A stretch of 64,000 nt of DNA from Harriotta raleighana (taxonomy: Eukaryota): the NCBI GenBank assembly GCA_050575255.1, contig JBNZDD010013684.1, positions 4,623,055-4,687,054 on the forward strand, given 5' to 3'. The position numbers were made by a program, and so were the translations under genes. Numbering within the stretch: the first letter of the stretch is position 1; each line of letters begins with the position of its first letter. Below, in pieces: positions 38,901 through 50,387 of the stretch. The notes beneath the pieces are model-generated. The model was not told the DNA's origin. It saw only the letters and a list, made by a program, of their open reading frames with translations, and did not search any database.

Positions 38901-39091
38901 GTGAATAATCGCCTTTTCGTTTTGAATAGAAGGTTGGAAGGATAGTGCTTTAAGCAGGTCCTGACTTTTCTTTATATAATAATACAATAATATATGAGAT
39001 CTATTTTTTTAAATGCATGGATTGAGAGGAGCCAGTTTGTAATCTTTTAGCTCCTTTATAAGAAATGCAAGCATTGCAAAACTTCTATTGA

Positions 39092-39114
39092 TCCTTCTTT
39101 CTTTCTCATTTCAG
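39092..39114 (+). other. ANKRD50: 3' splice acceptor of the large ANKRD50 exon
   Basis: Strong polypyrimidine tract ending in TTTCAG immediately before in-frame F-R-K-I-S-L codons. Confidence 0.93.
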
Positions 39115-42100
39115 GCTTCCGAAAAATTAGCTTGGATGATCTGCGTAAAGCCTACATTGTGAAAGATGTACAGCAGTATATCCTGTATCGTCTAGACCAG
39201 GAGGAGGCACTGAGGCAGCATCTGACGAAGGAAACGGCCGAGATGTTGAACCAGCTCCACATCAAAAGCAGCGGCTGCTTCCTGTATTTGGAGCGCGTGC
39301 TGGATGGGGTGGTGGAGAGTTTCATCATGCTGCGGGAGATTCGGGACATTCCCGGGACGCTGAACGGACTCTATCTCTGGCTGTGCCAGAGGCTTTTCGT
39401 GCGAAAACAGTTTGCGAAAGTCCAACCTATTTTGAACGTGATCCTGGCCGCTTGCAGGCCATTGACAATCTTGGAACTGTACCACGCTGTCTGGACGAAA
39501 AACATGAGCTTGACCATGGAGGAATTTCAAAGGAAATTGGATATCTTGTCCAAGGTTCTCCGAAACGGCCTGGGGAGCACTAAAATTCTTTTCCACTACA
39601 GCTTTGCTGAGTGGTTGCTCGACGTGAAGCATTGCACCCAGAAGTACTTGTGCAACGCAGCAGAAGGCCACAGGATGCTGGCCATGAGCTACACGTGCCG
39701 TGCCAAGGAGCTCTCCCCATTGGAGGTTCAAGAATTTGCGCAACACCTGCTCAATTCTAACCTGCAGCTGGAACCTCATCACCTGGCACTCTGGATGGTT
39801 TGGAACAACACTCCTGTGAAGGGGGCTTTGTCTACCATCATCCCGAAGGAACAGGAAATACTGCAACTGCTCGTCAAGGCGGGAGCTCACGTCAACAGCG
39901 AGGACGACCGCACGTCTTGTATCGTCCGGCAGGCGCTGGAGAGGGAGGACTCCATTCGAACACTGCTGGACAACGGTGCCTCTGTTAACCAGAGCGACGC
40001 TAATGGACGAACACTATTGGCTAGTGCAGCCTATAGCGGCAATTTAGATGTGGTGAACTTACTGATATCCAGGGACGCCGACCTGGAGATTGAAGACAGT
40101 CACGGGCAGACGGCACTCACACTTTCCTCCAGGCAGGGACACACCAAGGTGGTTAATTGCCTGATTGGGCACGGAGCGAACATTAACCATAACGACCAGG
40201 ACGGCTGGACGGCGCTGAGGTCGGCCGCTTGGGGAGGCCACACGGAGGTGGTGTCCGCCCTTCTCTACGCGGGAGCCAAGGTGGATTGCGCAGACGCGGA
40301 CAGCCGCACCGCCCTGCGGGCCGCGGCCTGGGGAGGGCACGAGGACATCGTCCTGAACCTGCTCCAGCACGGAGCGGAGGTAAACAAGGCGGACAATGAA
40401 GGGAGGACGGCGCTGATCGCCGCTGCCTACATGGGGCACAGGGAGATCGTGGAGCACCTGGTGGACCACGGCGCCGAGATCAACCACGAGGATGTGGATG
40501 GTAGGACGGCGCTGTCGGTGGCCGCTCTGTGCGTTCCCGCCAGCAAGGGCCACGCCTCGGTGGTCAGCTTGTTGATTGACCGGGGAGCCGAGGTGGACCA
40601 CTGCGACAAGGACGGGATGACCCCGCTGCTGGTGGCCGCCTACGAGGGACACGTGGACGTGGTCGATCTGCTGCTGGAGGGGGGCGCGGACGTGGACCAC
40701 ACGGACAACAACGGGCGCACTCCCCTCCTGGCAGCCGCCTCCATGGGCCATGCCTCGGTGGTCAACACCCTGTTGTTCTGGGGGGCGGCGGTGGACACCA
40801 TCGACAGCGAAGGCAGGACCGTACTCAGCATCGCCTCCGCCCAAGGAAACGTCGAAGTGGTGCGCACTCTGCTGGACAGAGGCCTGGACGAGAACCACAG
40901 GGACGACGCTGGCTGGACCCCGCTGCACATGGCGGCCTTCGAGGGCCACCGGCTAGTGTGCGAGGCACTGATCGAGCAGGGGGCAAGGACCAATGAGGTG
41001 GACAACGATGGCAGGATCCCTCTGATCCTGGCTGCTCAGGAGGGCCACTACGACTGCGTGCAGGTCATGCTGGAGAACAAATCCAACGTGGACCAGCGAG
41101 GCTACGACGGCAGGAACGCCCTGCGCGTTGCCTCCCTGGAGTGCCACCGCGACATCGTCGAGCTGCTGCTCAGCCACGGGGCCGACGTCAACTGCAAAGA
41201 CGCAGACGGGCGGCCCACCCTGTACATCCTGGCTCTGGAGAACCAGCTGGCCATGGCCGAGTATCTGCTGGAGAATGGAGCCAACGTGGAGAGCACGGAC
41301 GCCGAGGGCAGGACGGCCCTGCACGTGTCCTGTTGGCAGGGGCACCTGGAAATGGCGCAGCTGCTGCTGAACGACCACGCCGACGTCAACGCAGCGGACA
41401 ACGAGAAGCGGTCGGCCTTGCAGAGCTCGGCCTGGCAGGGCCACGTCAAGGTGGTGCAGCTACTGATTGACCACTCGGCGCTGGTGGACCACACGTGCAA
41501 CCAGGGGGCCACGGCGCTGTGCATCGCCGCCCAGGAGGGCCACGCCGTGGTGGTGCAGACTCTCCTGGAGCATGGGGCCGACCCCAACCACGCGGACCAG
41601 TTCGGCCGCACCGCCATGCGAGTGGCAGCCAAAGGCAGCCACACGCAGATCATCAAGCTGTTAGAGAAGTACGGGGCCAGCAGCCTGAACGGATGCAGCC
41701 CCTCCCCGGTTCATACCATGGAGCAGACCGGCCCTCAGTCCGTCACAGTGAAGACGCGCTCGCTCACCATCAAATCCAATAGCTCTGGCAGCACAGGTGG
41801 CGGCGGGGATCTGCAGGCCGCCATGCGCGGACTGACCAACGGTCCGCAACACCCTTTCAGTTCGCCTTCCGAGTCCCCGGACTCCACGGTCGATCGACAG
41901 AAGTCCTCGCTGTCCAATAACTCGCTCAAGAGCTCCAAGAACTCTTCCCTCCGCACGACCTCATCCACCGCTACGGCCCAAACCGTGCCTATGGACAGTT
42001 TCCACGGTATGTCCTTCACGGAGCAGATACAGCAGCATTCGCTGCCTCGCAGTCGAAGCCGGCAGTCCATTGTATCGCCCTCGTCGACCACCCGTTCAAT

Positions 42101-42686
42101 AGGACAGTATGTGGGCTCCCCCAGCAGTGAGTGCGAGTGGGGGATAGGGAAGTCCAACGCCAGGTCCAATAAAGGCAGCAAAGGGCGTGGACACAACGAG
42201 CCCGTGGAGGGCTCCAACAAAGCCGGCTCCTCTGGCAAGAGGACATCTCAGGGCAAACCGAGCAGTTCCTCTCAGCCCAAGGTTCCTGAATATGAAATGA
42301 CACAACTGGACAAGCGCACGGCCACCACCAAAGCCTTGCAGAACCAGCCCGCGTCGCTCAAACAAGTGCCCGCAGAGTCACAGTGTAAAATACTGATACC
42401 GCACAGCCCACAGGAAACCGTGAGGTCCCAGCAGCAAATCCTCATCCAGCAGCACGTGGAGCAAAAGAAAAGGAACGGCATCATGACCAACCCTAACTAC
42501 CTGCAGGGGAATCCGGTGTACCTGGGCAGGGTCGCGGTTCCAAGGAGCGGAACAGAGCGGGGACACAACGAATGTTTGGAAGGTTATCCACTCACAGAAA
42601 CAGAACTGAGCCTCAATCAAGCCCTCAAACTGCAAATTGAAGGGACGGACCCCAGCTATAACTGTAAAAAGGAGACACCATTGTAG
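39115..42686 (+). CDS. ANKRD50: Ankyrin repeat domain-containing protein 50, large final coding exon (partial CDS; N-terminal exons not found in window)
   Basis: Open frame of 1184 codons. The translation (G)[23 protein letters not shown]...KKETPL* matches the vertebrate ANKRD50 sequence I recall, with about 19 tandem ankyrin repeats (GRTAL..AA..GH..VV.LL..GA.VN) and a Ser-rich tail. The real start is a splice acceptor (tccttctttctttctcatttcag|GC, AG at 39113-39114, phase 1), not the TTG at 39132. Stop TAG at 42684-42686. Confidence 0.97.
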
Positions 42687-42989
42687 TAGGTACAGTGACC
42701 CTTGTTTGTGCTTATTTCTAATGTACATTAATTCTAGTTGTGTGCCAGTTTTCTGCATGTTCGTGTATATAAGACACTTCCCCTGGTTTATTTACAGTGT
42801 GATGTACAGGATTTTTGCCCGTGAGCAAGTCCAGTTAGCAAAAACCTATCACCTTTTTTGTGCAGCCTGACGCAGTTCATGGAATGGAATCTGGAATGCT
42901 TAAAACTGTCTTCTAGGTTTAAAGCGCATACACATTTGCCAATAACAGGAGGAGGATTTGCAAAAATCTCTATCCCATCCACTGTGAGA

Positions 42990-43292
42990 TTGTCTCATTC
43001 CAGTTCCTGTGGAAAGCGAGTCTTTCCACCTTCACAACCTCAGCCTTTCTGCCCACACACTCTGGAACTCCATTCCACAGTCCCTTCGCCACGCTTCCTC
43101 CCTTGCCTCCTTCAAGGGCAGTTTCAAGATCTTCCTCTTCGATCGTGCCTTCTGCTGCTCTCCTAATTCTCTCCCTCCCCTCCCCCCTACCCTGCCCCCT
43201 CCGTCTTGCTTGGGTCCCGACCAGACTGTTCAGTGCCTTGGGGCGTCCTCCCAACGTGAAAGGCGCTCTATAAATGTAATTTTGTTGTTGTT
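42990..43292 (+). mobile_element. L2 LINE 3' fragment
   Basis: ctctggaactccattcc..cagtgccttggggcgtcctcccaacgtgaaaggcgctctataaatgtaattttgttgttgtt. Confidence 0.87.
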
Positions 43293-43512
43293 ACAACAAC
43301 AGCAAAATTACATTTGTCGACATCCCAAGGTACAGAATAGTCAGGGGTCGAGGACCCGAGCATGGGTGGAGGAGGTGGGGGGCAGGGTTGTGATGCGGGA
43401 AGGCAGAGAGGTAGGAGGGCGGCTGAAGGCATGGTAGAAAGGAAGGATCAATAGACTGGCCTTGAAGTAGGTAAGAGAGGGAGCAATGTGAAGGAATTGT
43501 GGGATGGATGCC
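43293..43512 (-). mobile_element. L2 LINE 3' fragment, tail-to-tail with the previous copy
   Basis: acaacaacagcaaaattacatttg..catcccaagg..ggccttgaagtagg..gaattgtgggatgga. Confidence 0.82.
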
Positions 43513-43910
43513 CTGATGATGATAATAGCCTATTATCATGTCTTCAGGACGACTCAAAGAACCCAGGTTTCTCGCTTGTGAGGCAAGTGCTCTAACTACT
43601 GAGCTGCAGAACTCCACAAGTAGTGACTGATTATTTATAAACAAACAGGGCGGATAATTTATGCACAGCAAACGCCTACAAACAAATGAAGTGAAACAAA
43701 TACAATACAGGCTGTGGAGTGGACGTCCCAAGGCACTGCATGACCAATTTAACTTACACACAGAGACTATGGTCTGGTTGGGAAAAAATGTTGCCTTACT
43801 CTGTATCATCAACAGAAGAGAGGTCAAGTCAAGATACTGTACATTTTTGCATAACTTGCAAGGGAGAAATTTACAGATTTTGTAAAGTTTTATGTAACCT
43901 GACGCTAACA

Positions 43911-44218
43911 TAAATAATACTTGCATTTGATGTAGCGCTTTTCACGTCTTCTGGATGTCTCAAAGGGCTTCACAGAATATACTGTAAAGTGAATTGACTG
44001 TATATTCATGAGCGAAACGCAGCTGTTAATTCCGCACAGCAGTGTCCCACAAACAGTCATGGATTTAAGTGATTGATTTCTTAAGCTTTTTTTTCTTGAG
44101 GGATTATTATCAGGCATGTGGAGTAAGGAAACTTGCCCAAAGGTTTGCCCCGCCAGGATTCGAACACAGGTCTCTCACTCGCAAGGCGAGTGCTCTAACT
44201 ACTGAACTATAAGACTCC
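43911..44218 (-). mobile_element. Full-length tRNA-derived SINE, short subfamily
   Basis: Complete reverse-complement copy with B box ggattcgaac. Confidence 0.92.
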
Positions 44219-45399
44219 ACATACAGCAGTTATGCATCGCAGTACTGGAGCGGTTTAACCTTTGCTTATTCTTTTCTTTGAAAGAGATGACATGGAACAT
44301 TTGAAGAGGTCTTACATAAATAAGGCAAAGAATTTCTCCTGGTGAAGGGCAGTGGAGGGTGGAACTCTGGCAGCTGAGTTATTGATCAGCATTAGCGAGA
44401 AAACACCCATATAGTGTAGAGATGCTGCCCCAGCAATCTATGTTTCCAGAGAAATGCAGATATTCACCAGATCGTCTGCCGATTTCAAACCATTTTCTGA
44501 TCTTGCAATTTCCAGACTTCTTTTCAGAATAAACAGTCCCCCAACCAGAAAACGGATGTGTAAGTGCAATTGGCAGTTGGCAACAAGGGAAAATATAACT
44601 GCTGTATTAGTGTCATTTCACCCACAAAATATACATTCAATTCACTTTACATGCTCTCGAAGAAGTGATAGGGCGCTGCATCAAATGCAAGGAATTTGTA
44701 TTGTATTTGGGTTTAATATGTTAGTGCATCAATTCTTCTACAATTCCCTTTGTTTAGGTGTCACAGACTGGAAATATTGCTGATTCAAGGTGATCTGAAT
44801 TAGGGGATGATTTTGCCATTTTCTTGTTATTTAATTTTTTTTGAAAAAGGAGAAACTTCAATAGGAAGAATGTCTGTGAATAAAATACCCAGTCCTTCAA
44901 TTTTCTGAAAACTACAATGCAGGAATTCACAGCCAGTGCTTTGTTTCCACACTTGCCAATTTTCTCACCTCCTCCTCTACCGAAAGCATTTGGAATCATT
45001 TTCCCTTCTTTCTGTCTTTTTCTGTCTTGTGGGTACCAGATTAGACTATGAGACATGGTATGAATTTATCTAATCTTGGGGGTCATTCACAGATGATACA
45101 ATGCCTCCCTCACTTATGGGAGGAAATTCCCACCAGACATTTGTAGATGTTAATGCTTGAATTCAGACAGTAAAATAACACAGCCTGGGTTAAAATCTCA
45201 GGGAAATTCCATAGGTTTTTTGTTCAGCTTGAATATTGCCATGTTATTAGCATAGATCAGCCTTCATTAACAGTTGTGGTAGAGAGAAGTCTTAGTTTAC
45301 TCAGGGAGTTCTGGAGTTTTTCATTGTAATTTACAGAAGGTACACCATCTCACCATCTTACAAATCATCTTACTGTAAGATCTATCAGAAAAGATGTTT

Positions 45400-46445
45400 G
45401 GATCTCATGAACATTTTTCATCAAAATGTGTGGAGTTACTTTGCATGCTTACCTGGACCAATCTCCTTACCTCCATTTCACCAAGTCTGCCCAGGTTCTA
45501 CTGGCTCCCCATCACCATATGGATCCACTTCCACAATCTTCCCACAATCCTCACAGTCGTTTTCTAATCCCTTCACTCCCCGGCACCTCCCTACCTCTCA
45601 AACCTCCTCACTCTCCAATCTACCACACAGAGCCTCTGCTCGACTGGCACCGGCCTCCTGTTTGTCCCTCGCAACCTCCACTCCATCATTGGAGGACATG
45701 CATTCAGGCACTAGACCCCAAAACGCTGGAACTCTCTCCCTCAATACCTCCGCCTTGACCCCTCTCTGCCATTCCTTTTCGACCGTGCTTACAGGTCGCT
45801 TCTCAACATCTTAATAATTGTTATTACAACAACTTACATTTATATGTGAGGAGAGGAGGTTAGAGAGGTTGGAAGGAAGGGAGGTGTTGAGAAGTGGAGG
45901 GATTTAAACACTGGAATGAGGATTTGGAAGTCGGTCCCTCTAAGCTCGGTCTAAAAGCAAGGGCAGAGAGGAGGCAAGGTGTTGAGGGAGAGTGTTCCAG
46001 AGTTTCGGGGTATAGTGCCTGAATGTGTTGCTCTGCTACAGTGGAGTTTGATAAGGACTGGGGTCAGGGTACGAAGTTTGGTGTGGGTGAGAATGTGGGC
46101 GATTAAGTTTTGGATTATTATTATGATGTTTAATATTAATTATTATTATGTTGAAACATTGAAAACCCAGCATCATGTTTGCTTTTAGGTTGTGGGGAAG
46201 AGAAGAGTAGAATTATAATGGACCGTATTGCAGTGCATTCCAGGTGGATGGATCAAAGATAGCTGTACAACAACAACAACAACAAAATTACATTTATAGA
46301 GCGCGTTTCACGTCAGGAGGACGTCCCAAGGCGCTGGACAGTTGGTTTAAGACCCGAGCAGGGGGAAATGTTCAGGGTGAGGGGGGGGTGGGGGGGGAGG
46401 GGGGGAGCAAGGAGGGGGTAGAGACTGGAGAGGGGAGCTGAAGGC
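45400..46445. mobile_element. Cluster of L2 fragments (+ at 45400-45800; - at 45825-46110 and 46268-46445)
   Basis: L2 HWLP-like region on +; two (CAA)n-aaattacatttata 3' ends on -. Confidence 0.7.
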
Positions 46446-46788
46446 ACGTTGCTTTTCCAAATCTTCAGATTTTGCTTACCAAAAACAGAACCCAATTGAT
46501 TCTTATTATTTGACTAGTGCTGGGTGGAGGTGAAAAGATATTTGGGTAACTTGTTGCTTAAAATACAATTTAGGTTCATGACTTGCAAAATCTTAATCTT
46601 TTGAGGCTGGTTGTGTTTGAACACTGTATGAACGGCTGAAGTGCCAGAATTGCAATCTGTTCAGAGGAGACCGATCTGATTTGTTTAAGGTGGTAAGAAC
46701 ATAAAATCCGTGTGCTTGGCAAAGAACTGCGGAATAAAGCTGTCTTAATGTAAAGGAAATTCAAGATTTGTTTCTTTTTTCCCTTCAG

Positions 46789-49090
46789 AGCAATTTTATG
46801 GACCTTCGTTGAAGAAGTGCAGAATTTAATTCCCATTGTTCTTTGCTGTCAGTTCTCAGAAGGTACTGAATCCAAGGACAGTACCCATGGAACATGAGCC
46901 TGACTGATGACACCAGGCGAGATGGTGCTTCCACTCCCTGAAAACGACAGAGGGGAAGAGACTTAACTGCTGCACACAAGTTGCATATGAAAAAAAACAG
47001 TGCCTACGTCTAAGGCTGCCTTTTAAGTGTAACCCTCTTTTGCTTTATATATTTGTTTTGTGTACTTTGTATTTAATACACATTGTATGCACTTTTCCAT
47101 AAAGACAAAACAGTATATTACAGCTCAACTGCAGTCGTTGAAATGATGCAAAGGGAGGGAAAACTTGTGCGCGGAACGTGAATCGGAACGTCTTAAGCTC
47201 AAAACTCGGTCCGGATCAGCGGAAGATTGAGCTTAGCATTGTCGCAGGCAAGGAGTTACGGATGGCCTGGAGCTGAAACTGTGATCTCAAGATTGTGGCA
47301 AAATATTACTGCAGCTTTCATTAAACGTTTTTACAAACCCACATGTGTTTGCCGAATGGGTAACGCAACAGATGGAGCTTTTCCCTCTCTGATTCAGAAT
47401 AAATTTGGATGAGTTTCCAGACTGCTTGCTCTAATTTCTCTCCGATCCCCCTCTACCCGCTTTACCCAGACGTATCGAAACCAAAATATTCATTTTGCTC
47501 TGAGACTATTTTTTCTTTTGCAAGGGAGCGTTTATTTCTGCTTTTTATTCAGAAGAAATCACACACACAAAAAATTACATCAAATATTTTTTTCCCTGCA
47601 GGAAAGAATCATTTATCTTGTGCTGGGGACTATTGAGAGACCCACAATTTGGTGCCGTACAAGAATATGTAGAGCAGTTTTGTTTTGTGTCAGTGGTCAG
47701 GAGGGAGAGAAACCACCTGGCCATGTAGCCTCTGTGTTTGCCACATTTGCTGTACGATTGTTAATTTTTTATATGTGTGTTTTCGAGAAAACTGTTGTAT
47801 CATGTGTAACTTGTTGGAAGGTCTAGATGGCGGGACTGTGATGTAGTGCATGTTCATACTTAGAGAATGAGCTGATTGAAGTGCCAGATCCATTCATTGT
47901 CCTATGTGTGAGTGTGTTGGGCTTATATCCTCTTCTTATGGGAGCAGGGGGAGAAGCATATACCATCAACTACAGTATTTTGTCCCTGTGGGACTCTTTT
48001 GTCTGTGACTGACAGATTAAGATAAAGGATCACAGTTTCTGATTTAAGAGTGTTGACTTTGCCTCTGCAGACTTGTTCATGTGGCAATGTGCCCTAGAAT
48101 TCAAAAGCAAGCCCCAGGTTATAGCACAGCAGTAATAAACACACAGTTCCATCATGGTCAAGATTGGTGTTTGATGATGTGACCAGGGATCTGATTGAAG
48201 TTTTACATCCCCGTTTTTTCCCTCACAGCCCCCTCTCCACGAACTCTTGTTTAGGGTCTTTTACCATGACCTTTTATTTTTCGATTCTCCAACTGATCAG
48301 ACGACAGTTGCACAAGAGGCTAAGATTTCCAGAGAACGGGTTTCTGCTTGACATGTTGTGGGAGGCAATATTTTGGTTTAAACACATGTTATAAATGTCA
48401 TTTGTTTAACATCCCTGCAGTGTAAATATTGTAAAGAGAAGATTCTCAGACCTGTGTAATGAGCAAGTATCAGTTTCAGAGACTACATTTGAAACCTCCC
48501 AGGTGTGGGGTGAGGGGTGTTGGGAGTGAGAGACATTTGCAGGTGCCAAGCTTTAGAGGAGAAAAAACAAACATCTCTCCGTAACTTGGGCCTGTTGGCT
48601 GGGGCTTATCTGTGCATATCTGGTTTGCCATTCCCTCCTCGCCACCCCTCCACACAAAAAACCCCCCCCACCATTTCTTACTTTTTAAACTAAAAATACC
48701 CAAAGTAAATCATCAAAGTAAATCAACAGAATCATCTGTTCAGTTGAAAGCAGAGCGAGCAAGGAAGATTTGGGGAGATGGGCGTTCCTCCAAGTGCAAC
48801 CTCCTGTCTTTATCTCCAAGCAGTATTTGAATTCCATGTGTTTCTGTTTTTTATCAGTTTGTTTTTTTGCTATGCAAATCTATTTTGTTTATTCAAATAG
48901 TCACTTATCTGCATTTCAGTTAGTTAGACTTACACTTTCAAACCATTTTGTTTCTATATTTGGTTGTAAATAGCGTTAATGTACATTGAACTTTGCATTG
49001 TAAGATTTTATTTTATTTCTTGTATTATATTGAGCAAAAATTCCTTATGTATATTAAAGTGCTTAATAAATATATTTGCTTTTCAGCAGA
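46789..49090 (+). other. ANKRD50: Putative terminal non-coding exon (3'UTR) of ANKRD50
   Basis: About 2.3 kb with no recognisable transposon. U-rich, with TGTAAATA motifs (48421, 48965), ending in ATTAAA (49053-49058) and AATAAA (49065-49070). Confidence 0.6.
49065..49070 (+). terminator. Polyadenylation signal AATAAA
   Basis: Canonical hexamer preceded by ATTAAA and UGUA-rich sequence at the end of the repeat-free block. Confidence 0.55.
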
Positions 49091-49194
49091 TTGACTTTAA
49101 TTGAACAAGTATTGGATCATGGCTTGAATGGCTTGTGCAAATCGCTATCAGGGCAGAAAGGTTCCACCTCCCCAACCCACCATTGGTGGAGGGA

Positions 49195-49685
49195 CCTTCA
49201 GCCTCTCTGTCCCCACCTTTTGGACCTCCATTTCCACAGTGCCTTCGTCTTGATCCCACCCTTGAATCTTTGGGATGTCCTCCTGACTTGAAAGGCCCTA
49301 TACAAGTGTAATTTTGTTGTTGTTCAAGGAAAGTCTCAAGACCCTCCTCTACGACCACCCTCCTATCCCCATCAGTACTCGGTTACATTGGCTTCCCATC
49401 ATCCATTGGATTGAGTGCAAAATCCCCGTCCTAATCTTTAAATCCCTCCAGAGGCCCACCCCACTTCTGTGACCTCCTCAACTGTAGTGACCTAGCCGCT
49501 CACTTCACACTGATGGCATTGGCTTGCTTCATGTCCCCCATCTATCTTGCTGTGGGTCTCTCAGCTTGTTTGCCCCAACTCTCTGGAGCTCATTTGACTT
49601 GGTCCCTCCGTTCCTCAACTTTTTCAACATCCATCTCAAGATCTTCCTCTTTGACTGTGTCTTTGGTCATCTTTCGTTTCTGCAT
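49195..49685 (+). mobile_element. Two L2 fragments
   Basis: 3' end tgggatgtcctcctgacttgaaaggccctatacaagtgtaattttgttgttgtt (to 49323) and ttacattggcttcccatc..tgcaaaatcc (LHWLP) body. Confidence 0.75.
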
Positions 49686-49777
49686 CCCCTATGGCTCCCA
49701 CCACCAACTCAGCTGCCAAGTCAAGAATATTAAGCCCTGCGACTTACACCTGATATGAAAGTTGTTACATATATATA

Positions 49778-50364
49778 CAATAAAACCTTGTTTATCCGTG
49801 ACTTGAGATGAATCAGAAAACCCTGTTCAACCGCTATCTCAAAAAAGTCCCGATTCGATTAACCGGAAGTTATCCAGCAGAATAGTGAATTCGCATTTAA
49901 TGAATGGATTGTCACATGCGAGTACTGGTGCAGTTATAACGGTGGCCTGGTCGAGCCCAAAGTCAGGCTGCTCACGTTTTTTTTAAAACCTCACAATACT
50001 ACTGTTTTTTGAAAAAAGTGCCTTTTTCCTGATTTGTTTTCCTCCTTTGGCAGCTATTGTAGAAGTTAAGTATAAATAATAAAGTACTAATACAATATTC
50101 TGTTATTTTAGTATCTGTTATTAATATATTTAGTCTATTATTTATATAGTATTGTTCAGCATTTACATTTGTATGTGTGTGTGTGTACTCTCACTCTCTG
50201 CAAGTCCAGCCAGCCTATTCTTTCAATTCAAAATACCTCGCAAGAAGGCTTCACAGTAATCGACCATGCCTTCCGCTCGCAATTTTTTTAACTGTTTAAC
50301 CAGAAAACCGTTTAATCGCCATTGGCCAGGTCCTGTGGGTGCCAGATAAAAAGGGCTTTTACTT
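49778..50364 (-). mobile_element. Tigger/pogo-like MITE
   Basis: TA|caataaaaccttgtttatccgtgac ... gggtgccagataaaaagggcttttactt|TA; same family as 10690-11473 and 17067-17438. Confidence 0.8.
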
Positions 50365-50387
50365 TATTTATTATACATATATACACA

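Larger units (their letters stand above)
42690..46788 (+). other. ANKRD50: Putative 3'UTR intron of ANKRD50
   Basis: Donor-like TAG|GTACAG 3 nt after the stop; acceptor tttgtttcttttttcccttcag ending at 46788. The interval is full of SINE/L2 fragments, while the sequence after 46788 is repeat-free. Confidence 0.65.

Noticed and set aside
39132-39134. ORF-track start (TTG read as Met)
   Set aside because: It is an internal Leu codon; the exon starts at the splice acceptor at 39115.
39192-42758. Long antisense and alternate-frame ORFs (232, 296, 184, 167 aa) overlapping ANKRD50
   Set aside because: An expected by-product of high GC3 and repetitive ankyrin coding sequence; no recognisable protein features.
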